Shown here: one piece after another, positions 1 through 11,490 of the stretch | Layout: every line of letters starts with the position of its first letter | Position numbering within the stretch: position 1 is the stretch's first letter | Origin: OCS116 cluster bacterium AG-430-B22 | Lineage (GTDB): Bacteria > Pseudomonadota > Alphaproteobacteria > MED-G09 | Direction: 5' to 3' | DNA: 64,000 bases | Assembly (NCBI GenBank): GCA_003209955.1 | Contig: QCOD01000007.1 | Span: forward strand, 2,208 to 66,207 | Program-made: the position numbers and the translations under genes | Notes under the pieces: generated by a model | Databases searched by the model: none | The model's input: only the letters and a program-made list of their open reading frames with translations | What the model was told of the DNA's origin: nothing

Positions 1-38
1 TTATTATTGATTCATAATATTCATTGGGAGAGATATTT

Positions 39-662
39 ATGAGTGCGATATTAACTTCATTAAGAAACACTGTAACAGTTGGATTTGTATTGGCTTTGTT
101 ACTTATGATTGTTTCTTTTGTCATTACAACAGGATCTATAGATATAGGCGAAGGTTTTAAATACAATCCTTTTTGGATGTTTGTTTTTAGGTGGCTTCAT
201 GTTTTATCAGGAATAATGTGGATAGGTTTACTATGGTATTTTAATTTTGTTCAGATACCTAATATGCCAAATATTCCTGATGATCAAAAACCTGCAGTTT
301 CAAAAGTAATTGCTCCTGCCGCATTATGGTGGTTCCGCTGGGGAGCTATGGCAACTATCATTACTGGTTTAATTTTAGGTTATATAAATGGTTATCTTCA
401 TACTGCGATGACTTTAACGCTTATGGGCGGTGGATCACCAAATGAATTATTTATTGGTATTGGAATGTGGTTAGGCATAATAATGTGGTTTAATGTCTGG
501 TTCGTCATTTGGCCAAATCAAAAGAAAGCACTTGGAATTGTTGAGGCTGATGCAGAAGTTAAAGCGGCTTCAGCAAGAACAGCTATGTTATTTTCAAGAA
601 CAAATACTATGTTAAGTATACCTATGCTATTTAGTATGGTAATTGCACAAAATATTTATTAA
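39..662 (+). CDS. Multi-pass integral membrane protein with a conserved-His TM motif (RWLHVLSGIMWIGLLWYFNF); resembles the N-terminal membrane domain of PuuD-type urate hydroxylases or HemJ-like proteins
   Basis: ORF 24..662. GGGAGAG lies 6 nt before the ATG at 39, so that start is preferred over the TTG at 24. Several hydrophobic helices. The family assignment rests only on motif resemblance. Confidence 0.6.
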   Translation: MSAILTSLRNTVTVGFVLALLLMIVSFVITTGSIDIGEGFKYNPFWMFVFRWLHVLSGIMWIGLLWYFNFVQIPNMPNIPDDQKPAVSKVIAPAALWWFRWGAMATIITGLILGYINGYLHTAMTLTLMGGGSPNELFIGIGMWLGIIMWFNVWFVIWPNQKKALGIVEADAEVKAASARTAMLFSRTNTMLSIPMLFSMVIAQNIY

Positions 663-665
663 TTT

Positions 666-3530
666 TTACTTGTATATTTCTTTAAGGAATTTACCGGTAT
701 AGCTTTTTTTAGTTTTGATAATTTCCTCAGGAGTACCTTGGGCAACAATTAAACCTCCATTATCACCACCTTCGGGTCCCACATCAATAATCCAATCAGA
801 TGTCTTAATTACATCAAGATTATGTTCTATTATAGCTACTGTATTTCCTTGATCTACAAGCTCATGTAAGACACTTAGTAATTTTTTCACATCATGAAAA
901 TGCAATCCCGTTGTTGGCTCATCAAGAACATAAAAAGTTCTTCCTGTAGCTTTTTTTGCAAGTTCTTTAGCTAATTTTATTCTTTGAGCTTCACCCCCTG
1001 ATAGTGTAGTTGCTTGTTGACCAACTTTTATGTAACCAAGACCAACTCTTTTTAATGTTTCCATTTTTTCTCTTATGCTTGGAACAGCTTTAAAGAGTTC
1101 ATGTGCTTCATCTACAGTCATCTCTAAAACATCAGAGATAGAGTTTTCTCTATACTTAATTTCTAAAGTCTCTCTATTATATCTTTTCCCTTTACATTGA
1201 TCACACTGAACATATACATCTGGAAGAAAATGCATTTCTATTTTTATTAAACCATCACCCTGACAAGCTTCACATCTTCCACCTTTAACATTGAATGAAA
1301 AGCGCCCAGGTTTATATCCTCTTGCCTTTGATTCAGGTAAACCACAAAACCAATCTCTTATAGGTGAGAATGCACCTGTATAGGTAGCAGGATTTGACCT
1401 TGGGGTCCTACCAATTGGTGATTGATTAATGTTTATTATTTTATCAATTAAATGCATTCCATCTATTGAATTATATTTCATAGGTGAGTCTTGAGAGTTA
1501 TTTAAGGTTCTGTTCATGGCTCTATATAGGGTTTGAAATAGTAATGTTGATTTTCCAGACCCTGAAACACCAGTAACACAAATAAATCGTCCAAGAGGAA
1601 ATTCTGCATTTATTTTTTTTAAATTATTACCTGATGCACCTTTAATTGTAATTTTTTTATCATTATCAATTTTTCTCTTTTTTCTTACTTCAATAGATTT
1701 TTTTCCTGAAAGGTATTGACCAGTGATGCTGCTTTTATTTTTTTTGATTTGCTCAATATTTCCTTCTGCAACTAAATGACCTCCATGAATACCTGCCTTT
1801 GGCCCAACATCAATAATATAATCTGCAAAGTTCATAGTTTCTTCGTCATGCTCAACAATAATGACTGTGTTTCCAAGATCTTTTAGTCTTTTTAGTGTTG
1901 ATAATAATTTTTTATTATCTCTTTGATGCAATCCTATTGATGGCTCATCCAAAACATACAAAACACCTGTTAATCCTGACCCGATTTGAGAAGCCAATCT
2001 TATTCTTTGTGATTCACCTCCAGATAGAGTTCCTGAAGTTCTTGAAAGAGTTAAATACCCTAAACCAACATTCTCCAAAAAAGATAATCTTTCCATAATC
2101 TCTTTGATAATATTTTTAGCAATTTCTTTTTCTTTTTTATTTAATTTTTTTTCTAGCTTAACAAACCAATTTTTAGCATCTTTTATGCTTAATGAGGTTA
2201 CTTGACCTATATGCATATTGTTAATTTTTACACTTAAAGCTTCATCATTTAATCTATAACCTGAGCAACTTTCACAATCTGAAATAGATTGAAATTTTTC
2301 TATTTCACTTCTCATCCAACTACTATCAGTTTCAAGATATCTTCTTTTTAAATTATTAATTATTCCCTCAAAAGGTTTTTTAGTTTTAAAAGTTCTTGAG
2401 CCATCATCATATAGAAACTCTATTTCATCATTTTCAGATCCATTGAGAATTATATTTTTAAAATCTTTTGGTAGATCTTTCCATTTAATATCTAAGGAGA
2501 CATTGTAATGCTTTGATAAGGCAAATAATGTTTGAAAATAATAGGGTGAGGGCGTAGATTTTTTTGACCAAGGAGCAATAGCGCCATCATTTATACTTAA
2601 ATTTTTGTCTGGAATAACTAATTCTTCATCAATGAAATATTGTGTTCCGAGTCCATCACACTTATTGCATGCCCCTTTAGGGTTATTAAAAGAAAAAAGT
2701 CTTGGCTCTATCTCTTCAATAGTAAAACCAGATACTGGACATGCATAATTAGCAGAAAATAATATTCTTTCAGACTCTTTTTTTTTGTCGCTTTGAATTT
2801 CTATTACAGCCAACCCATCTGATAACGAGGTGGCTAATTCAAAACTATCAGCTAATCTTGATTTAATGTCATCATTAATAACGAGTCTGTCCACCACAAC
2901 ATCAATATTATGTTTAAAATTCTTTTTTAGGTTTGGGACATCTGAAATTTCATAAAATTCACCATCAACCTTAACTCTTTGAAAGCCTTTTTTCAGTAGC
3001 TCAGAAAATTCCTTTCTGTATTCACCTTTTCTTTCTCTTATGATTGGGGCTAGTAAATATGCCTTACTATTTTTTTTTAACTTTAAGGCCTGATCAACCA
3101 TTTCAGTTATAGTTTGACTTTTAATTGGGAGGCCAGTCTCAGGTGAATGAGGAATACCTATTCTTGCAAACATTAATCTTAAGTAATCATGAATTTCTGT
3201 TACCGTCCCAACAGTAGATCTAGGATTCCGTGAAGTGGTCTTTTGTTCAATAGATATCGCTGGGGATAGTCCTTCAATTTGATCAACATCAGGTTTTTGC
3301 ATCATTTCTAAAAATTGTCTTGCATACGCAGATAAGCTTTCAACATATCTTCTTTGACCTTCAGCATATATTGTATCGAAAGCTAAGGATGATTTGCCAG
3401 ATCCAGATAAACCAGTAATTACTGTAATTTCTTCTTTAGGTATATTAACGCTAAGGTCTTTTAGATTATGCTCTCTAGATCCATAAACTTTAATAAATTT
3501 CTTGGAGTTTTTTTTAGATACTTCTTTCAC
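666..3530 (-). CDS. uvrA: Excinuclease ABC subunit A (UvrA)
   Basis: 954 aa. Two ABC ATPase modules ([10 protein letters not shown] and [10 protein letters not shown] Walker A; LSGGESQR and LSGGEAQR signatures), CxxC zinc modules, full length. Confidence 0.97.
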   Translation of the reverse strand: MKEVSKKNSKKFIKVYGSREHNLKDLSVNIPKEEITVITGLSGSGKSSLAFDTIYAEGQRRYVESLSAYARQFLEMMQKPDVDQIEGLSPAISIEQKTTSRNPRSTVGTVTEIHDYLRLMFARIGIPHSPETGLPIKSQTITEMVDQALKLKKNSKAYLLAPIIRERKGEYRKEFSELLKKGFQRVKVDGEFYEISDVPNLKKNFKHNIDVVVDRLVINDDIKSRLADSFELATSLSDGLAVIEIQSDKKKESERILFSANYACPVSGFTIEEIEPRLFSFNNPKGACNKCDGLGTQYFIDEELVIPDKNLSINDGAIAPWSKKSTPSPYYFQTLFALSKHYNVSLDIKWKDLPKDFKNIILNGSENDEIEFLYDDGSRTFKTKKPFEGIINNLKRRYLETDSSWMRSEIEKFQSISDCESCSGYRLNDEALSVKINNMHIGQVTSLSIKDAKNWFVKLEKKLNKKEKEIAKNIIKEIMERLSFLENVGLGYLTLSRTSGTLSGGESQRIRLASQIGSGLTGVLYVLDEPSIGLHQRDNKKLLSTLKRLKDLGNTVIIVEHDEETMNFADYIIDVGPKAGIHGGHLVAEGNIEQIKKNKSSITGQYLSGKKSIEVRKKRKIDNDKKITIKGASGNNLKKINAEFPLGRFICVTGVSGSGKSTLLFQTLYRAMNRTLNNSQDSPMKYNSIDGMHLIDKIININQSPIGRTPRSNPATYTGAFSPIRDWFCGLPESKARGYKPGRFSFNVKGGRCEACQGDGLIKIEMHFLPDVYVQCDQCKGKRYNRETLEIKYRENSISDVLEMTVDEAHELFKAVPSIREKMETLKRVGLGYIKVGQQATTLSGGEAQRIKLAKELAKKATGRTFYVLDEPTTGLHFHDVKKLLSVLHELVDQGNTVAIIEHNLDVIKTSDWIIDVGPEGGDNGGLIVAQGTPEEIIKTKKSYTGKFLKEIYK

Positions 3531-3622
3531 AGTTTTTCCTGTATTTAAATCAAAATAACTTATATCATAAGATTTTATGCTATCTATATCTTTTTAAAAA
3601 AAGTCATTAAATTGGAGTTATT

Positions 3623-4069
3623 ATGTCAGGAAGTTTAAATAAAGTGATGTTAATTGGTAGGTTGGGACAGGACCCAGAAGTCAGAAATACCCAAGATGGA
3701 AGATCATTATGTACCTTTTCTATTGCTACAAGTGAATCTTGGAACGATAAAAATACTGGTGAAAAAAGAGAAAAAACTGAATGGCATCGTGTAGTAGTAT
3801 TTAATGAAGGTTTGGTTAATATTATTCAACAATATGTAAAAAAAGGTTCAAATGTCTTTATTGAAGGTCAGCTTCAAACTCGTAAATGGGAAGATAAAGA
3901 TGGTATCGAAAAATATACTACTGAAGTAGTGCTTCAAGGTTTCAATTCAACTTTTAAAATGCTTGATAATAGAAATTCTGGTTCAGTTGATAATAATTTC
4001 TCACAGGATAATGCAATTTCAGACTCTAGTAATTTTGACTCTGAAATCGATGATGATATTCCCTTCTAA
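3623..4069 (+). CDS. ssb: Single-stranded DNA-binding protein
   Basis: N-terminal OB fold (LNKVMLIGRLGQDPEVR, TEWHRVVVF), disordered tail, canonical acidic C-terminus DDDIPF. Divergent from uvrA. GGAG RBS. Confidence 0.96.
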   Translation: MSGSLNKVMLIGRLGQDPEVRNTQDGRSLCTFSIATSESWNDKNTGEKREKTEWHRVVVFNEGLVNIIQQYVKKGSNVFIEGQLQTRKWEDKDGIEKYTTEVVLQGFNSTFKMLDNRNSGSVDNNFSQDNAISDSSNFDSEIDDDIPF

Positions 4070-4157
4070 CTTATTGATTATTAATAATTAATAGTTATAA
4101 AATAACATATTAATATTTTGTAGATATAGTCATAAAATGGTAAAATATTCTTTTTAG

Positions 4158-4174
4158 GAATCAATATTTGATTC
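4158..4174. promoter_or_regulatory. Perfect 7-bp inverted repeat GAATCAA-tat-TTGATTC, 20 nt upstream of the gyrA start
   Basis: Read directly from the sequence in the ssb-gyrA spacer. Function unknown: possibly an operator, a 5'-UTR hairpin or a weak ssb terminator. Confidence 0.3.
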
Positions 4175-4193
4175 GTGTTTAAAGGCGAGGTAA

Positions 4194-6914
4194 ATGTCAG
4201 ATACAACTGACGAAGATCCAATTGAAAGCAAAGATATCTCTAATACTAATTTAGATGAGGAGATGCGTCAGTCTTATCTAGATTACGCTATGAGCGTTAT
4301 AGTATCTAGAGCATTACCAGATGCCCGTGATGGTTTAAAACCTGTACACAGAAGAATTCTTTATGCAATGCATGAAGATGGTTATGACTACAATAAACAA
4401 TACAGAAAATCTGCAAGAGTTGTTGGTTCAGTTATTGGTAAATACCATCCCCACGGTGATCAAAGTATCTATGATGCACTTGTAAGAATGGCTCAACCTT
4501 TTTCGCTTCATCTTCCGTTAGTTGATGGGCAGGGAAACTTCGGATCTGTCGATGGCGATCCACCGGCTGCAATGAGGTATACAGAAGTAAGGATGGAAAA
4601 AATTGCACATCACCTTCTTAATGACATCAATCTAGATACAGTAGATTTTCAAGAAAATTATGATAATTCTGAGAGTGAACCTATTGTTCTACCTGCCGAA
4701 TTTCCAAATCTACTTGTAAATGGTGCTGGCGGAATTGCTGTGGGTATGGCTACAAATATTCCCCCTCATAATTTAAACGAAATTACAGAAGCATGCATGT
4801 TTATGATTGATAATCCTGAAACTAATGATCAGGAAATGGATCAAAGATTATGTGAAATTGTTCCAGGTCCTGATTTTCCAACCGGAGGAATAATTCTAGG
4901 AAAAAGCGGTGCCAGAAGTGCTTATACAACTGGCAGAGGTTCAGTGGTAATTAGAGCTAAAGTAGAAATTGAAGAAATACGTAAGGACAGAGAGGCACTA
5001 ATTGTTACAGAAATACCATATCAGTTAAATAAGGTATTACTAATCCAAAAAATTGCTGATTTAGTTAGAAGTAAAACAATTGAAGGTATATCTGATTTAA
5101 GAGATGAAAGCGATCGTCATGGAATGCGTATAGTTATAGAACTAAAGCGTGACTCAGTTGCAGAGGTAATTTTAAATCAACTTTATAAATTTACTCAACT
5201 TCAAACTTCTTTTGGCGCAAATATGGTTGCTTTAGATAAAGGAACTCCTAAATCAATGAAACTAAGGGAAATGCTTACCTGTTTTATTGATTTTAGAGAA
5301 GAAGTTGTAACTCGAAGATTAAAATTTAAATTAAACAAAGCTAGAGATAGAGCCCATCTTTTGGTTGGTCTTGCTATTGCAGTTTCAAATATAGATGAAA
5401 TAATAAAACTTATCAGATCTTCTAAATCACCTGCTGATGCAAGAGAGGATTTAATGGACCGTGAATGGCCTGCCAAAGATGTTAAATCTCTTATTAAACT
5501 AATTGATGATCCTAGGCATGGTATTACAGCTAAGGGCAATTGTTCTTTTACTGAAGAACAGGCTAGAGCAATTTTAGAATTAAGACTTCAAAGATTAACT
5601 GCAATGGGTATTGACGAAATCAAATCAGAATTAGATGAGTTAAAAGGAACAATAGAGAATTTATTATCAACTCTTGGTGATAAGGGGAAAATTTATGACA
5701 TCATTAAAGATGAATTAACTTATGTTAAAGACAACTTTGCCGTTGAAAGAAGAACAGAAATCCTTGGAGAATTAGATGATGTTGAAGATGAAGATTTAAT
5801 AAAGAAAGAAGATATGGCTGTTACTGTTACCAGATCAGGCTATATCAAGCGGGTACCTTTATCAACTTATCGAGCCCAAAATAGGGGCGGTAAAGGTAGG
5901 GCAGGCATGCAAACAAAAGATGATGACTTTGTAAGGCATATTTTTATTTCTAATACTCATCAACCAATTTTATTTTTCTCGTCAAAAGGAATGGTTTACA
6001 GATTAAAGACATGGAAATTACCACTTTCTAGCCCTCAAGCAAAAGGAAAGGCCATGGTTAATCTTCTTCCATTGGATGAAGACGAGAGAATAACAACAGT
6101 AATGTCTTTACCGGAAAATCAAGATGAATGGGAAAATTTATATGTAATATTCGCTACTTCCTCTGGTGGCATAAGAAGAAATTCATTAGCAGATTTTTGG
6201 CGTATTAATAAAAATGGTAAAATTGCCATGAAGTTAGATTCTAAAGAAAGAATAATTTCTGTTCAAACATGTACAGAAGATAACGACATACTTTTAGCAA
6301 GTAAGAAAGGCCAAAGCATTAGGTTTAATGTAGATAAGGTTAGAGTATTCGCATCTAGATCTTCTACAGGTGTAAGGGGTATTAGATTGTCAAAAAATGA
6401 CAGTGTTGTTGGTATGGCGGTATTAAACAGAGTAAAAGCATCAAATGATGAGCTTAGAGCTTATCTAAAGATGTCATCTATGATGCGCAAAGCGACAACA
6501 GATGATAACAATGATGATGATGATGACCTGGATTTTGAAGGAAATGATATAGAGCTTTCTACTGAAAGATATTCAGAATTAGCTGCAAGTGAAGAAATAA
6601 TTCTAACAGTTGCCTCTAATGGGCAAGGAAAAAGATCTTCTGCGTATGAGTATAGAACTACAAATAGAGGCGGGAAGGGAGTTATAGGAATTAAAATGAC
6701 TAAATCACACGGTGATTTGGTTGCTTCCTTTGTAGTTGATGAGAATGATCAAATTATGCTTATAGATAATAGTGGAAAATTAATTAGATGTCCGATTACA
6801 GATATAAGAATTATGGGAAGAACGACTCAAGGTGTGAAAATATTTAATATAGACAAAAATGCACATGTCGTTAGTGTAGAAAGAATTTTCGAAAGCGAGG
6901 GAGAGGAAGAATGA
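4194..6914 (+). CDS. gyrA: DNA gyrase subunit A
   Basis: 906 aa. Has the [26 protein letters not shown] and AAMRYTE (catalytic Tyr) motifs, a GyrA-box-like [10 protein letters not shown], and beta-pinwheel CTD repeats. Confidence 0.97.
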   Translation: MSDTTDEDPIESKDISNTNLDEEMRQSYLDYAMSVIVSRALPDARDGLKPVHRRILYAMHEDGYDYNKQYRKSARVVGSVIGKYHPHGDQSIYDALVRMAQPFSLHLPLVDGQGNFGSVDGDPPAAMRYTEVRMEKIAHHLLNDINLDTVDFQENYDNSESEPIVLPAEFPNLLVNGAGGIAVGMATNIPPHNLNEITEACMFMIDNPETNDQEMDQRLCEIVPGPDFPTGGIILGKSGARSAYTTGRGSVVIRAKVEIEEIRKDREALIVTEIPYQLNKVLLIQKIADLVRSKTIEGISDLRDESDRHGMRIVIELKRDSVAEVILNQLYKFTQLQTSFGANMVALDKGTPKSMKLREMLTCFIDFREEVVTRRLKFKLNKARDRAHLLVGLAIAVSNIDEIIKLIRSSKSPADAREDLMDREWPAKDVKSLIKLIDDPRHGITAKGNCSFTEEQARAILELRLQRLTAMGIDEIKSELDELKGTIENLLSTLGDKGKIYDIIKDELTYVKDNFAVERRTEILGELDDVEDEDLIKKEDMAVTVTRSGYIKRVPLSTYRAQNRGGKGRAGMQTKDDDFVRHIFISNTHQPILFFSSKGMVYRLKTWKLPLSSPQAKGKAMVNLLPLDEDERITTVMSLPENQDEWENLYVIFATSSGGIRRNSLADFWRINKNGKIAMKLDSKERIISVQTCTEDNDILLASKKGQSIRFNVDKVRVFASRSSTGVRGIRLSKNDSVVGMAVLNRVKASNDELRAYLKMSSMMRKATTDDNNDDDDDLDFEGNDIELSTERYSELAASEEIILTVASNGQGKRSSAYEYRTTNRGGKGVIGIKMTKSHGDLVASFVVDENDQIMLIDNSGKLIRCPITDIRIMGRTTQGVKIFNIDKNAHVVSVERIFESEGEEE

Positions 6915-7393
6915 AGATAGCGGTTTATCCAGGTTCTTTCGATCCATTTACCTTAGGTCATAAAGATATATTATTAAGAAGTTCAAGAATTTTTGATAAA
7001 GTTATAGTTGCCATTGGAGAGAACCACGGTAAACAAAATCTTTTTTCTATTGAAGAAAGAATTAAAGATATATCAAATGAAATCAATGATATAGGAATTA
7101 AAGATAATGTTTTAGTTGAATCCTTTAGTGGTTTAATAGTTGATTTTGCAAGATCTAAAGATGCTAATATCTTAATTAAGGGTGTTAGGGGTCCTGTGGA
7201 TTATGACTATGAATTACAGATGGCAGGAATGAATTCAACAATGAATCCTGACATCGAGACTATTTTTCTTATATCAAGACCTGAATTTAGTTACATTTCT
7301 TCATCTTTAGTTAAACAAATTGCCTTAATGAAAGGTGATTATTCAAGTTTTGTTAGCCCGATCATTGAAAAATCTATCAAAAGTAAAATATAA
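6911..7393 (+). CDS. coaD: Phosphopantetheine adenylyltransferase
   Basis: [20 protein letters not shown] (T/HxGH nucleotidyltransferase motif), 160 aa. Its ATGA start overlaps the gyrA stop. Confidence 0.95.
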   Translation: MKIAVYPGSFDPFTLGHKDILLRSSRIFDKVIVAIGENHGKQNLFSIEERIKDISNEINDIGIKDNVLVESFSGLIVDFARSKDANILIKGVRGPVDYDYELQMAGMNSTMNPDIETIFLISRPEFSYISSSLVKQIALMKGDYSSFVSPIIEKSIKSKI

Positions 7394-7394
7394 A

Positions 7395-7970
7395 ATGCTT
7401 ATAATTAATAGTTTTTCAATACTTAGTTTTTTTTTATTTTTTATGGGGATGTCAATGTCAGATATAAATGCAGAGAATCTTAAATCTCAAAATCTAGTGA
7501 TGGAAGTAACACAAAATTCAGAAACAACAGATCCTTCTGAGAATCCTCCAATTGGTAAGGTTCTTATAAAGCTATATCCAGATGTAGCCCCTAAACATGT
7601 TGCACAAATTACGATGTTAGCTAAAGAAGGTTTTTATGATGGAATAATTTTTCATAGAGTTATTGAAGGTTTTATGGCACAAACTGGAGATCCTACTGGA
7701 ACAGGGATGGGTGGTTCAGATCTACCAGACATTAGGGCGGAGTTTAGTGATGAGCCATTTGTAAGAGGAACTTTAGGCATGGCTCGATCACAACATCCAG
7801 ATAGCGCAAACTCTCAATTTTTTATTTGTTTTGAAGAGGCTTCATTCTTAAATGGTCAATATACTGTTTTTGGAAAAGTAGTTGAAGGGATGGAGTATAT
7901 AGATAAAGTTATGCGCGGTGAACCACCTGATTACCCTGATAAAATATTATCAATGAAGTTATCTGATTAG
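7395..7970 (+). CDS. Cyclophilin-type peptidyl-prolyl cis-trans isomerase, with signal peptide (periplasmic)
   Basis: FHRVIEGFMAQTGDPTGTGMGG and NSQFFI motifs. The ORF track starts at 7335 inside coaD. The ATG at 7395 gives a hydrophobic signal peptide directly after the coaD stop. Confidence 0.92.
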   Translation: MLIINSFSILSFFLFFMGMSMSDINAENLKSQNLVMEVTQNSETTDPSENPPIGKVLIKLYPDVAPKHVAQITMLAKEGFYDGIIFHRVIEGFMAQTGDPTGTGMGGSDLPDIRAEFSDEPFVRGTLGMARSQHPDSANSQFFICFEEASFLNGQYTVFGKVVEGMEYIDKVMRGEPPDYPDKILSMKLSD

Positions 7971-7975
7971 GGTTT

Positions 7976-9022
7976 ATGTTTCTTAAAGATTTTTCTTTTG
8001 AATTACCTGAGGATTTGATAGCAGTTAAGCCAGTCTATCCAAGAGACTCTTCAAAATTACTTGTTTTAAAATCTCTTAATTCTTATCAAAATTGTATATT
8101 TTCTGATATTTGCGATTATTTATTACCCGGAGATTTATTGGTAGTTAATAATACTAGAGTTAATGCCTCTAAAATTACAGGTTTAAAAAAAAGCGCAAAA
8201 TCAAAAATAGAATTTACTTTTATTTCAAATGAAAAAGATGGCATTTGGTTGTGCTTTGCCTTACCAGGAAAAAAAGTTTCTATAGGTAATTTGTTTAATT
8301 TTAAAGGTGTTGAAGGAAAAGTGATTAATAAAGATAAAGAAAAGATATATATAGATTTTGGAACAAAAAATAATCAATTTATAGCCATTCTTAAATCTTT
8401 TGGAGAAATTACACTTCCTCCATATATATCAAAATTAAGAAAGTTTGAAGATCAAGATAATGAAGATTATCAAACCATATATGCACAAAAAAGTGGTTCA
8501 ATAGCTGCTCCAACTGCAGGGCTTCATTTTACTGATAATCTTTTAAAAAAAATTAAACGAAAGAAAATTGATATTGAGAGTATTACCTTAAATATTGGTC
8601 CAGGCACATTTTTACCTTTGAGAAGAGATAAGGTCGAGGATAACAACCTACATTCAGAAAAATTTTATATTTCTGAGCAATCATCAGATATTCTTAATGA
8701 TGCGTATCAGAGTAAAGAAAGGCGGATTATATCTATTGGAACAACTTCTCTAAGAGCACTAGAGTCTTCCTTTGATAGCAAAAATTTTTTTAAACCTTTA
8801 GATACAGCTACTAATATATTTATTTATCCAGGTAAAAAAATTAAATCAATTGACGGTCTAATAACAAACTTTCATTTGCCTCAATCATCACTATTTTTAT
8901 TAATTTGCGCCTTAATAGGAACGAAAACAGCATTAGATATGTATAATTATGCTATAGAAAATAAATATAGATTCTACTCTTATGGAGATGCATGTTTTTT
9001 ATTAAATAAAAATTATGGCTGA
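7976..9022 (+). CDS. queA: S-adenosylmethionine:tRNA ribosyltransferase-isomerase
   Basis: FDFELPEDLIA-type N-terminus, GSIAAPTAGLHFT, TNFHLPQSSL, 348 aa. Followed by tgt. Confidence 0.94.
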   Translation: MFLKDFSFELPEDLIAVKPVYPRDSSKLLVLKSLNSYQNCIFSDICDYLLPGDLLVVNNTRVNASKITGLKKSAKSKIEFTFISNEKDGIWLCFALPGKKVSIGNLFNFKGVEGKVINKDKEKIYIDFGTKNNQFIAILKSFGEITLPPYISKLRKFEDQDNEDYQTIYAQKSGSIAAPTAGLHFTDNLLKKIKRKKIDIESITLNIGPGTFLPLRRDKVEDNNLHSEKFYISEQSSDILNDAYQSKERRIISIGTTSLRALESSFDSKNFFKPLDTATNIFIYPGKKIKSIDGLITNFHLPQSSLFLLICALIGTKTALDMYNYAIENKYRFYSYGDACFLLNKNYG

Positions 9023-10115
9023 ATTTAATTTTAAAGTTATAAAAAAAGACGGCTATGCCCGTAAAGGTCTTATTGAAACCAAAAGAGGTAATATTAAAAC
9101 ACCTGCATTTATGCCTATAGCTACTCAAGGAGCAGTTAAGTTTACTCCTATAGAGTTTATAGAGCAGATTGGTTATGAATTAACGCTTTCAAATACATAT
9201 CACTTGTTATTAAGACCAGGATTAGAAAGGCTTTCTAGTGTTGATGGTATTTCAGAGTTTATGGGATGGAATAAGCCTGTATTAACTGATTCTGGCGGTT
9301 TTCAGGTGATGTCTCTTTCAAAATTAAGAAAAATATCAGAAGAGGGAGTAAAGTTCCAATCGCATATTGATGGCGCATCACATTTTTTGACTCCTGAAAA
9401 TGTAATTGATTATCAAAACATAATTAAGTCTGATATTCAAATGGTTTTAGATGAATGCATTCAATACCCCGAAACTTACGAGAATGTTAAAAAGTCAATG
9501 GAATTATCACTCAGATGGGCTGAAAGATCTAGAAATCATTATAATAAAAATAAAATTTATGGAGCCCAATTTGGAATAATTCAAGGAGGTGTATTTGAAG
9601 ATTTAAGAGAGATATCAATTTCTGAAACAGTTAATTTTGATTTTGAGGGATATGCTATCGGCGGACTAGCTGTTGGTGAAGGTCATGAAAAAATGATTGA
9701 GGTTGTTGATTATACTGCACCCCAATTACCTGAAGATAAGGTGAGATATCTGATGGGTGTTGGAAAACCTAAGGATATTATTGAGGCAGTTTATAGAGGT
9801 GTTGATATTTTTGATTGTGTTATCCCAACCAGAGAAGGCAGACATGGTATCGCTTATATTGGTTCTAGCTCTATTAATTTAAAGAATTCTAAATTTGAGA
9901 GTGATTTAACTCCATTAGATGAAGGTAGTGATTACTTTGTTTCAAAAAAATATTCAAAAAGTTATTTAAATCATTTATTAAAAATTAAAGACCCTTTAGG
10001 ACCAATGTTAATTTCTCTTCATAATCTTAATTATTACTTTAATTTGATGGTCGACCTAGGAACATCTATTGATGAAGGTAGATTAGATATTTTTAGAGAA
10101 GATTTTTATAAGTAA
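9015..10115 (+). CDS. tgt: tRNA-guanine (queuine) transglycosylase
   Basis: TPAFMPIATQGAVK, LTDSGGFQVMSL and YLMGVGKP motifs. 8-nt overlap with queA. Confidence 0.95.
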   Translation: MAEFNFKVIKKDGYARKGLIETKRGNIKTPAFMPIATQGAVKFTPIEFIEQIGYELTLSNTYHLLLRPGLERLSSVDGISEFMGWNKPVLTDSGGFQVMSLSKLRKISEEGVKFQSHIDGASHFLTPENVIDYQNIIKSDIQMVLDECIQYPETYENVKKSMELSLRWAERSRNHYNKNKIYGAQFGIIQGGVFEDLREISISETVNFDFEGYAIGGLAVGEGHEKMIEVVDYTAPQLPEDKVRYLMGVGKPKDIIEAVYRGVDIFDCVIPTREGRHGIAYIGSSSINLKNSKFESDLTPLDEGSDYFVSKKYSKSYLNHLLKIKDPLGPMLISLHNLNYYFNLMVDLGTSIDEGRLDIFREDFYK

Positions 10116-10117
10116 AA

Positions 10118-10297
10118 TTAATTTTGTGAGGATTGATCATTATCTTCATTGTCAATTTTAGCGGCTTTTATGCATTCTTCTCTTTCAACTCCTGCAGCTG
10201 TGCAAATTAGTTCACCTGCAACAGGAATTTCTTCTTTTACTGACGAACAAGATGTTAGCAGTAAAAAAACAAAAAAAGTAAATAAGAAGCTTTTCAT
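10118..10297 (-). CDS. 59-aa predicted lipoprotein (MKSFLFTFFVFLLLTSCSSVKEEIPVAGELICTAAGVEREECIKAAKIDNEDNDQSSQN)
   Basis: Hand-translated; below the ORF-track cutoff. Lipobox LLTSC after a hydrophobic leader, GAGGG RBS 5 nt upstream. Fills the tgt/tRNA spacer, 2 nt from the tgt stop. Confidence 0.6.
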   Translation of the reverse strand: MKSFLFTFFVFLLLTSCSSVKEEIPVAGELICTAAGVEREECIKAAKIDNEDNDQSSQN

Positions 10298-10408
10298 AAA
10301 TGTCCCTCTTTTTTAAAATTAGCACATTTAAATAAAATTCAAAATATCTTAATTTTAATCGATTTTATTTGATTTGACCTAAGCAAACATTTAAAAGGTA
10401 TCTTGTGT

Positions 10409-10484
10409 GGGCCCGTAGCTCAGTAGGTAGAGCACCTCCCTTTTAAGGAGATTGTCACAGGTTCGATCCCTGTCGGGCTCACCA
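10409..10484 (+). tRNA. tRNA-Lys (anticodon UUU)
   Basis: Folded by hand into a cloverleaf: acceptor GGGCCCG/CGGGCUC, D arm GCTC/GAGC, anticodon loop CTTTTAA, T arm ACAGG-TTCGATC-CCTGT, encoded CCA. Confidence 0.88.
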
Positions 10485-10618
10485 TCCTTAAACCAAGGTC
10501 AGCCTTATTTTTAAGAGATTTTCCACTCAAATTATATTAATCTATTTTTTAAGTTGTGCCAAAAAAAATTTGTACTAGGTGAAAAAAGTATTACTCTTTG
10601 GTTAACAAGGAGGAACTT

Positions 10619-10690
10619 ATGAAAAAGGTTTTATTATGTTTAGTTATCGCCGTAATGATTACTGGTAGTGGGAATAGTTTAAGGAACTAA
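10619..10690 (+). CDS. 23-codon hydrophobic micro-ORF (MKKVLLCLVIAVMITGSGNSLRN); a leader peptide or a truncated signal-peptide remnant
   Basis: Strong RBS AAGGAGGAA 4 nt before the ATG. Ends 8 nt before the TauE start. Its first ~60 nt are about 76% identical to the start of the gene at 13457. Confidence 0.4.
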   Translation: MKKVLLCLVIAVMITGSGNSLRN

Positions 10691-10698
10691 TAAGTTAA

Positions 10699-11445
10699 AT
10701 GAGCGGAACAATAACTCTTTTAATTATTCTTCTTGCTACTCTAAGTACAGCATTTTTGTCGTCAATTTTTGGAATGTTAGGCGGCCTCATTTTAATGGGT
10801 GCATTGATTACTATAATGCCTGTAAGTCAGGCAATGGTCTTACATGGATTAATTCAATTAACATCAAATGGTTATCGAGCATGGCTTAATAAAACAGATA
10901 TTAAATGGAATATTGTTTCTACATTAATTATTGGTAATATTATCTCACTAGTTGGTTTATTCTCATTAGCTTTTGTACCTGATAAAATAACTGTACTTTT
11001 AGTACTAGGTTTATTGCCATACATAGCTTGGGCGCTTCCTAAAAATAACTCCTTAGATGTAAGCAAAAAACCAATTGGTATTTTAGCTGGCATGGTGGTG
11101 GTGGGCAGTAATCTTCTATCTGGTACAGGAGGCCCTTTATTAGATATTTTTTTCCAGCGAGTAAATATGACTCGCTATCAGGTTGTTGCAACCAAAGCTT
11201 TAGCTCAAAGTTTAGGCCATATATCTAAGATAATATTTTTTGGTTTTCTTACAACATCTAAATTTAATACTTGGCCAAGTTTTTGGCTAATTTTTTTTGC
11301 TGTGATAGCTTCTGGTATCGGAACTACTTTAGGAAAAATAATATTAGATAAAATTGACGATAGAACCTTCTTTGTATGGACACAAAGCATCTTACTAACT
11401 ATTGGTGCTGTGTTTATAGCCTATGCACTCTATCTAATGAAATGA
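10699..11445 (+). CDS. TauE/SafE (TSUP) family sulfite/organosulfonate exporter-like membrane protein
   Basis: 248 aa, about 8 TM helices, with internally duplicated glycine-rich helices (GMLGGLILMGAL, GTGGPLLDIFF) typical of DUF81/TSUP. Confidence 0.75.
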   Translation: MSGTITLLIILLATLSTAFLSSIFGMLGGLILMGALITIMPVSQAMVLHGLIQLTSNGYRAWLNKTDIKWNIVSTLIIGNIISLVGLFSLAFVPDKITVLLVLGLLPYIAWALPKNNSLDVSKKPIGILAGMVVVGSNLLSGTGGPLLDIFFQRVNMTRYQVVATKALAQSLGHISKIIFFGFLTTSKFNTWPSFWLIFFAVIASGIGTTLGKIILDKIDDRTFFVWTQSILLTIGAVFIAYALYLMK

Positions 11446-11490
11446 GTCTTAGAAAGTCTTAAAATTCTATTGAAGCAATATTGAATTCCC

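Noticed and set aside
3531-3622. Possible SOS (LexA) operator in the uvrA<>ssb divergent promoter (CCTGTATTTAAATCAAAA).
   Set aside because: Only one CTGT half-site is present, with no matching ACAG 8 nt away. No alphaproteobacterial GTTC-N7-GTTC direct repeat is seen. In DNA this AT-rich the resemblance is not significant.
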